Positions 58,318 to 64,000 of a DNA stretch of 64,000 nucleotides are shown here, one piece after another. Both the position numbers and the translations under genes were made by a program. The notes under the pieces are model-generated. The model was not told the DNA's origin and did no database searches. It saw only the letters and a list, made by a program, of their open reading frames with translations. Position 1 is the stretch's first letter; the number at the start of each line of letters is the position of its first letter. Location of the stretch: the NCBI GenBank assembly GCA_000182565.2, contig KQ257458.1; one strand, 5' to 3'. Source of the stretch: Spizellomyces punctatus DAOM BR117. Its lineage: Eukaryota.

Positions 58318-59833
58318 ATGGCTACCGCAATGGAGACCGACGAAGTTCCCTTCCAGACTACAAAAGTAGTTAGCGATGCTGCATCAGCATCTGGTCTCAT
58401 CATTACCTTGTAAGTTTTGTGAGCGAGGTGTGATTGCCCTTCAATATGAACACTTTTCTCTGAGCCGAGGCCTTCCCCGATGGATAGACATGCTCTCGTC
58501 ATTATAAATATATCGGATCAGTGGACACGAACGAAGATGCAGCAGGGCGACGTGAACCCAATAGGTCAGCTTTAAAGCAGTTGGCAAAATTATTACACGC
58601 TTGCACGCCAAGCTGACGACCTGCTTCCGTTCCTCCAGTCATTGGCGCCCTGCTCGGCACACAATCAGGGCGTGAGATTGAAATATTCGATTCGTATGAG
58701 CTACCATTTACAATAGTAGACGAGAAGCCTGTAATGGATAAAGTGTATTTTGTCAGCAAACAGGAGCAGCGTAAGTTGCCTCACTGGAGAGATTGAGACT
58801 GAGGATAAAGTATTGAATGTGGCTACTGACCATGATCACAGTTAGGCAAGTATTCCCTACATACGACTTTCTCGGATGGTATTCAACAGGAGCACAACCA
58901 TCTGCAACCGAATTGCATCTTCATCAACAAGTGAGTCCCACCTTGAGGAGAATTGGCCAAAGCGAGATCTGACCATCTTACGGCTTGAATCAAAAGATGA
59001 TTGGATATAACGAAAGCCCTTTATTTCTGCAACTTAACCCTCTCGTATCACCAACTGCAAAAGACTTCCCAATCTCAGTATATGAATCTATAATTGATCT
59101 CGTCGGGGGACAGGCCCAGCTCCTCTTTCTCAAATCGCAGTATAAGATTGAGACAGGAGAAGCGGAACGAATTGCCGTCGATCATGTGGCGCACGTTACA
59201 AATGCATCGACAGATAAAGGATCAACATGTAAGTATTAGAATGAGCAGAGGTACTGAAATGTGGAGGAGCTAACGTGTGCGCTGTTGTCCTGAATCAAGT
59301 AATCACACATCTTGTCGGTCAACGAAATGCAATCAAGATGCTCCATGCCCGAATCCGACTCATACATGAATATGTGTCTGATGTTGAGAGTGGTGAGTGT
59401 GCAAGGACAGGTGATCGGATGACCAGGATGACCAATACACCGCTTCTCCTCAGGTAAAATTCCAAGAGATCACAATATTATGCGCCAAATTGCAAGCCTG
59501 GCGAATAGGTTACCGACGATAGATAGTCCTGAATTTCAAGAAGAGTTTCTCGTTGTGGGTATTCACGTTACAAACTGCTTTGTTCATGGACAGTCTCTGA
59601 TGATTGGGAGCTTAGGATTATAATGACGTACTTCTCATGACGTATCTTGCAACGATAACGAAAGGGACAAGTGCTATTTCTGAGGTAAGAACTATTTACA
59701 AATGCGGGACACTGTCCAGGAAACGATGAGATTTATATACTGTCCCGATTTATAGCTGGTGGAGAAGTTCAACATGGTTGGGCCCAAACGTCCGGGAGGG
59801 TTTCCTCGTGGGCCGGCTGCGTATCTTGGGTAG
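58318..59833 (+). CDS. CSN6: COP9 signalosome subunit 6 (MPN-)
   Basis: L|HALVIINISDQWTR, IGALLGTQSGREIEIFDSYEL, QVFPTYDFLGWYSTG, NESPLFLQLNP, IETGEAERIAVDHVA, NAIKMLHARI, YNDVLLMTYLATITKG. Confidence 0.95.
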
Positions 59834-59839
59834 ATCCCG

Positions 59840-59863
59840 GCACGCAACGTCGCACGCAACGTC
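59840..59863. repeat. 12-bp tandem duplication (GCACGCAACGTC x2) just after the CSN6 stop
   Basis: Direct repeat seen in the sequence. Confidence 0.85.
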
Positions 59864-59906
59864 ATTCTCTCCAAAAATACATCTTTGGAACAGATCTTTC
59901 GCTGTC

Positions 59907-62900
59907 CTATCCATTTGGACTGAGCATTGCTTCCATATCGGCTAGCTGTTCTTTCAAGTCCTTTGAAAAAATAAGCTAATGAGAAGGCGAGGATCCAGAC
60001 ACGTGAATATTCTCACCAACCTTATATCGCGCGTATTCCCTAGCAATGGGCGCGCGATCTTCGGCGGTCTTCAATGCCCTTCCATGTTCCCTCATGAAAT
60101 CTTCCTGGAACTTGTGTAAGCGCATTTGCAGGAGCTTTTTCTCGTAACGGAGCTTTTTATATCTTCCAGAAAGGAGAGAGTGAGTTCCTTGATAGTCCGT
60201 AATAAAAGCAATGTGGTTAGCGTACTGTTTGAGGTTGTCTGACATTGGCGGATTTGGCGACATGGCTTGCTGAGTTCTGCTTGCGTCAGGTTTGGATGAG
60301 CTCTAGACAGCATTAAGGAATGACGGGCATCAACGCTCCATTCATACAGGAACGCAACAATGTGCCAGAGACATCACATTTCTCACCTCACCCTCGAGCA
60401 TAACTTTCAATGCACAATATCTTTGATACATATCCCTCATCTCCTCCCGGTCTTTCTTAGTCGGTTCAGAGTGTTTGTATAACTCCTTCAGATTAACAAG
60501 TTCCCTCTTTATAAGTGCTTTCTCAGCTGCTGCTTCTGTTTGGGAAAGGCTTGAAACGGGCCGGGATGATGAAGGTCGTGCGGGGGTTGTTGGCGTAGGG
60601 GACGTCAGCGTAGCGGCTGCATTGATTGTTCGACTCCATGAGATTTGACACAGAATGACTGGTACAAAAGCAGGCAAACGAACCTTGCAACAAAGTTTTC
60701 AACTCCTTGTACCGTGCCATGTTAGGACGTAGATCTGGTCCAGCAGTTCCACTGTCCTTGGCTTCTTTAATCTTTTTGTAGAGAGATTTCACCTCAGTTT
60801 GCATGCTTTCTGTACTGCTGGTGATGGTCGTTGATCTACTGCGCGGTTGTGGAGGGGGCTTCTCATGAGCATGAGATATTGTTCGACTGAGGGGGACGAC
60901 CATTATAATGAGCATACCGCATACGCTGTTGCCTAATGTAACCAGTTTTTTGTTTACCTTCGTTCTCGTCCCTGTGCATTGGCGTTCAGTTCAAGATCTC
61001 GCTTGACTTCGTGGCGTAATCCGGAAGGTTGTATCACAATATGGTCCAGCCTTCCACTTCGGCCCCCGGGTGAGAACGGTGTGATGGGTGTAATGGGTGT
61101 CATCCCAGTATCTCCGCGACGTCCCTCTGGTTTTCGTCGAGACAACTCTGGAGATGGAAGCGAAGTTCGTGAGGTGGCTGGCTTGAAGATACTGGTGTCC
61201 GACGAGTGCGCGGTATCTATGGATAGCGCTGGGACATGGCGGCGAGTTGAACGGGGGCTGGTTGATGCGTCTTTGAGGAGATTTGGGTCGGAGCTGTGGG
61301 AAGGACGATCCGCGCTGCGGTGCGGAGATGGAGATGAGGGATGGTGAACTTGACGTAGAAACAAAAACACTTACCTTGTTGAATGTTCAGCGGGTTCTGA
61401 TGTCTGTAAGTCTAGCTAATAATGAAGGGTTAGAACCCATATTCCGATGAATAAACAGCTATAGAGACAAACTAACGTCATTCAGACTTAGGCTTAACTT
61501 TCTCGCATTCTTTTCAACAGCCTGCCGATCCTGAGGTGGATGCGCCATCTCCCGAGTGGGACTCTTCTGCATCACCAATGCCGCTGGCGGTGGAGGGGCA
61601 GGCCTTCCTGGTGCCCGTCGCGCCTTTGGCTGACGTTGCTCGTCCGTATCGTCTTCCTCGCTTGCATGCTCGCTTTGATCCTCACTTTCTTCACTTGCGC
61701 TGTCCGTTGTTTCTGTTTCATAGGTATTTCCTTCCGTATCCCATGTTTGCATATCATTTGAAGACACGTCGTCACTGATAGGGAGTTGGAAGGAGACAGA
61801 TTTACGTTTGTTGTAAGGAGCAGCGGGACGTGCAGCGGGTGCTTGTGCAGAGCGGGATTCGGGTAGCTTTGCGCCGGCTTTATAGGAGGACTCAGAGCTT
61901 TCTGAGGAGGATTCAGAGTGGGAGGATGCGGAGTCAGAAGGGAGCTTCCGAGAGATTTTCTGCACTGGCGGACGCCGTGTAGGAGGTTTTGGTCGACTTT
62001 TTGTGGGCTTTCGGTGATGGTCAATATATTAAATTGCGCCATTTCGAACACAGTTAAACATACCAATACTAACTGCTTCTTCTCAGGAAGGGTTGCTGTT
62101 CCGCTATTCGATCTAGTCAGGAGCACGTATTTCGTTTAGTTTCTGTGTGGGCCCTTAAAGAGAGCCAGAAAATATTTCATATACCCATAAGTCCTATTTC
62201 TGCTAGCCAACTCTCCACTGCTTCGTAGAAAATCATTAGATCTTAGTTCTGAAGCACTGGAGGTCTCTTCCGGTTCGGAAACACTTGATGCGTCTGAATT
62301 AGTCGCAGAGTCATCTTTTGCATTCTCTTCGTCCTCTTCATCCGTATCCATTTTCTTGGATGCAATAGGAAATGGCCCGGATGATGCTGCCGAGTTTGCA
62401 AGCCGGCTCTGAGCCACACGAAGAGATTAGGGACATCATCAAGCTCGTAGTAAAGGTAGCATGCCAAGTAAAACCTTGAGCTCGCGAATCAACGCCTTTT
62501 GAGAAACTTTGACCTGCCCCTCGCTTCCAATGGGATCGGAGGACGATCTTGGACGTTTTGTTGACACTTGATCCACTGGTTTGACGATCTCGTCGGATTT
62601 CGTCTCAGTTAGGGTTGCGCCGCGCTTTCGGGTCTTGCTCAGGAGCTTACTGAAAACATTTCGTTGAGACGGCTGTGGATTCTCGCCTTGGATCGAGGGC
62701 ATTGGGACACTGAAGACAATTGAGACGGTTGAGAAGCTTTCTGACAGAGAGCAAATGGGATGGAGACTGCTACCTGTCGTTTCCTATTATATTTGACGTA
62801 TTGGAATCCTCAGTATTGTCATCAAGAGGGTCCTGAAATAAATCGGGTGCCTCGCTCGACTTCAAAATAATTCGGGGCTGAGTCTTGGATTTGCCATCTC

Positions 62901-63980
62901 CCGAAGTATCCTCTTGTTTCTTTATGCTCGCATTTTTAATGTCTTCTTTGAACAAAAGATCTTCATCGGTTTCCTCCTGTAATTTGAGATTGCGCGAATT
63001 AGTACCTTCACTGCCTCGCATCTCGAAGCAGAAAGGAAGGAAATGATCCCAAACACACCCACGTACCAGGCACCTACCGCCCCAAACACCTCCCCAAAAT
63101 GATCCAAAACGAACGCCAAAACCTTTGAAACCACCAAGCTTTCTGCAAAGTAGGAAGTCTGATCGGTCCCTCCTCCGTATGTTGTGGAACTTCCCGGTTT
63201 GTTTGGCTCCGATGGACACCGAAAGATATTCGGAGCAAAGACGACTGAGATGTTTGATGTGGTCATTTTGTTTTCGGAAGAGTAGAATGCTACGCGGAGG
63301 AGGTATAGTAGAAGGTACTTGAACGCGGAGCGGTTTTGTGGAGGGAGTGTTTGCAGCACCATTTGCATGTCTTCAGCGGACCCTAGGTGGTTCATGAGCT
63401 TGTTAACAACGTGTCCGCTAAGAATATCAGAGAAGGAAATCTACGTATAGGATCATCTTACCTGCAGCATCTTGTAGCTCTTGGAAATATCGCTCAGGCA
63501 CCAGAGCTTCGGGCAACTCTCGTATCCATTGTTTGAAAAGGGAGGCAACAGAGGGTATGTCCTGCTCGGGCACGTCATAAAAGTCCACGGCACCCGCTGA
63601 GACGAGTATCGTTGTTTAGGGGTCCGTGAATTTGCATGCCTAAGTTTGGCTCACTACTTACTCTTCTCTATACGCTCCCTCAGATCCTTGACAACCTTGG
63701 TAGATCCTGCAACCCTAAAGATCCCTTCTGTTCGTAGAGCTATAGATCACAAGAATAATCAGCACGCTTGCAGCCATTGTGCCTGGTTTGGGCATGAGAT
63801 TATAGAATATGCACCCTGCTCTGAGCTTAAGAATGTAACAAATTTTCGTAGCACTGTCGGAACTTTAACTTCTTCACCGTCCTTTGCTAGCGCCTGGTCT
63901 CGTGCAGTCAGTACCTCCAGAGGAGAAGCGAAAACAGCTGGCGCAGCAGCCGCTGAAAAACGACGCAGGAATTTTTTCAT
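59907..63980 (-). CDS. FAM13-like RhoGAP protein (N-terminal RhoGAP, long disordered middle, FAM13 C-terminal coiled coils)
   Basis: EGIFRVAGS (arginine finger), VASLFKQWIRELPEALVP, ENKMTTSNISVVFAPNIFR; C-terminal EKKLLQMRLHKFQEDFMREHGR..EDRAPIAREYARYK. Confidence 0.88.
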
Positions 63981-64000
63981 CTCAATCGATGGTCTCGAAA

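Noticed and set aside
1-64000. Stop-codon readthrough (TGA CTA) giving a cryptic PTS1, or in-frame Sec TGA
   Set aside because: None of the stop contexts inspected were TGA-CTA or led to an SKL-like end; the thioredoxin-fold gene has Ser, not TGA
1-64000. Transposons, viral inserts, rRNA or CRISPR arrays
   Set aside because: No transposase, RT or integrase motifs, terminal repeats or spaced direct repeats seen; the window is almost fully explained by host genes

Overview
Gene-dense eukaryotic DNA with many short GT-AG introns and fungal-type housekeeping genes. It also carries genes usually found in flagellated lineages or animals (C22orf15/CXorf65-like, ZC2HC1-like, FAM13 RhoGAP, Munc13/BAIAP3-like, ZC3H4-like). 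The best inference is a zoosporic fungus, probably a chytrid of the Spizellomycetales type. About 30 protein-coding genes were reconstructed by manual splicing, including SRP72, a rhomboid protease, PRE4, LysRS, RPC82, ALG1, DUS2, TOP2, UTP15, APC11, NDUFA11, EAF7, POF1, BiP/KAR2, an SR protein, PRS1, DNAJC9, AHA1, IES6 and CSN6. No tRNA, rRNA, transposon or CRISPR array was seen. The most interesting items are: (1) an intronless gene combining an SH3/KOW-like barrel, a class I SAM methyltransferase with an RrmJ/NS5-like D...K signature, a CCCH finger and a zinc knuckle, a candidate new RNA 2'-O-methyltransferase; (2) a ZC3H4/Su(s)-like triple-CCCH protein with a DPR motif, a candidate fungal Restrictor; (3) an SR gene with signs of splicing/NMD autoregulation; (4) several small spliced genes missed by the ORF track; (5) a DUS2 presequence exon, an IES6 start codon split by an intron, and an ERSE-like repeat in the BiP promoter. 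Family assignments come from motif recognition by eye, not database searches, and exon boundaries are predictions.
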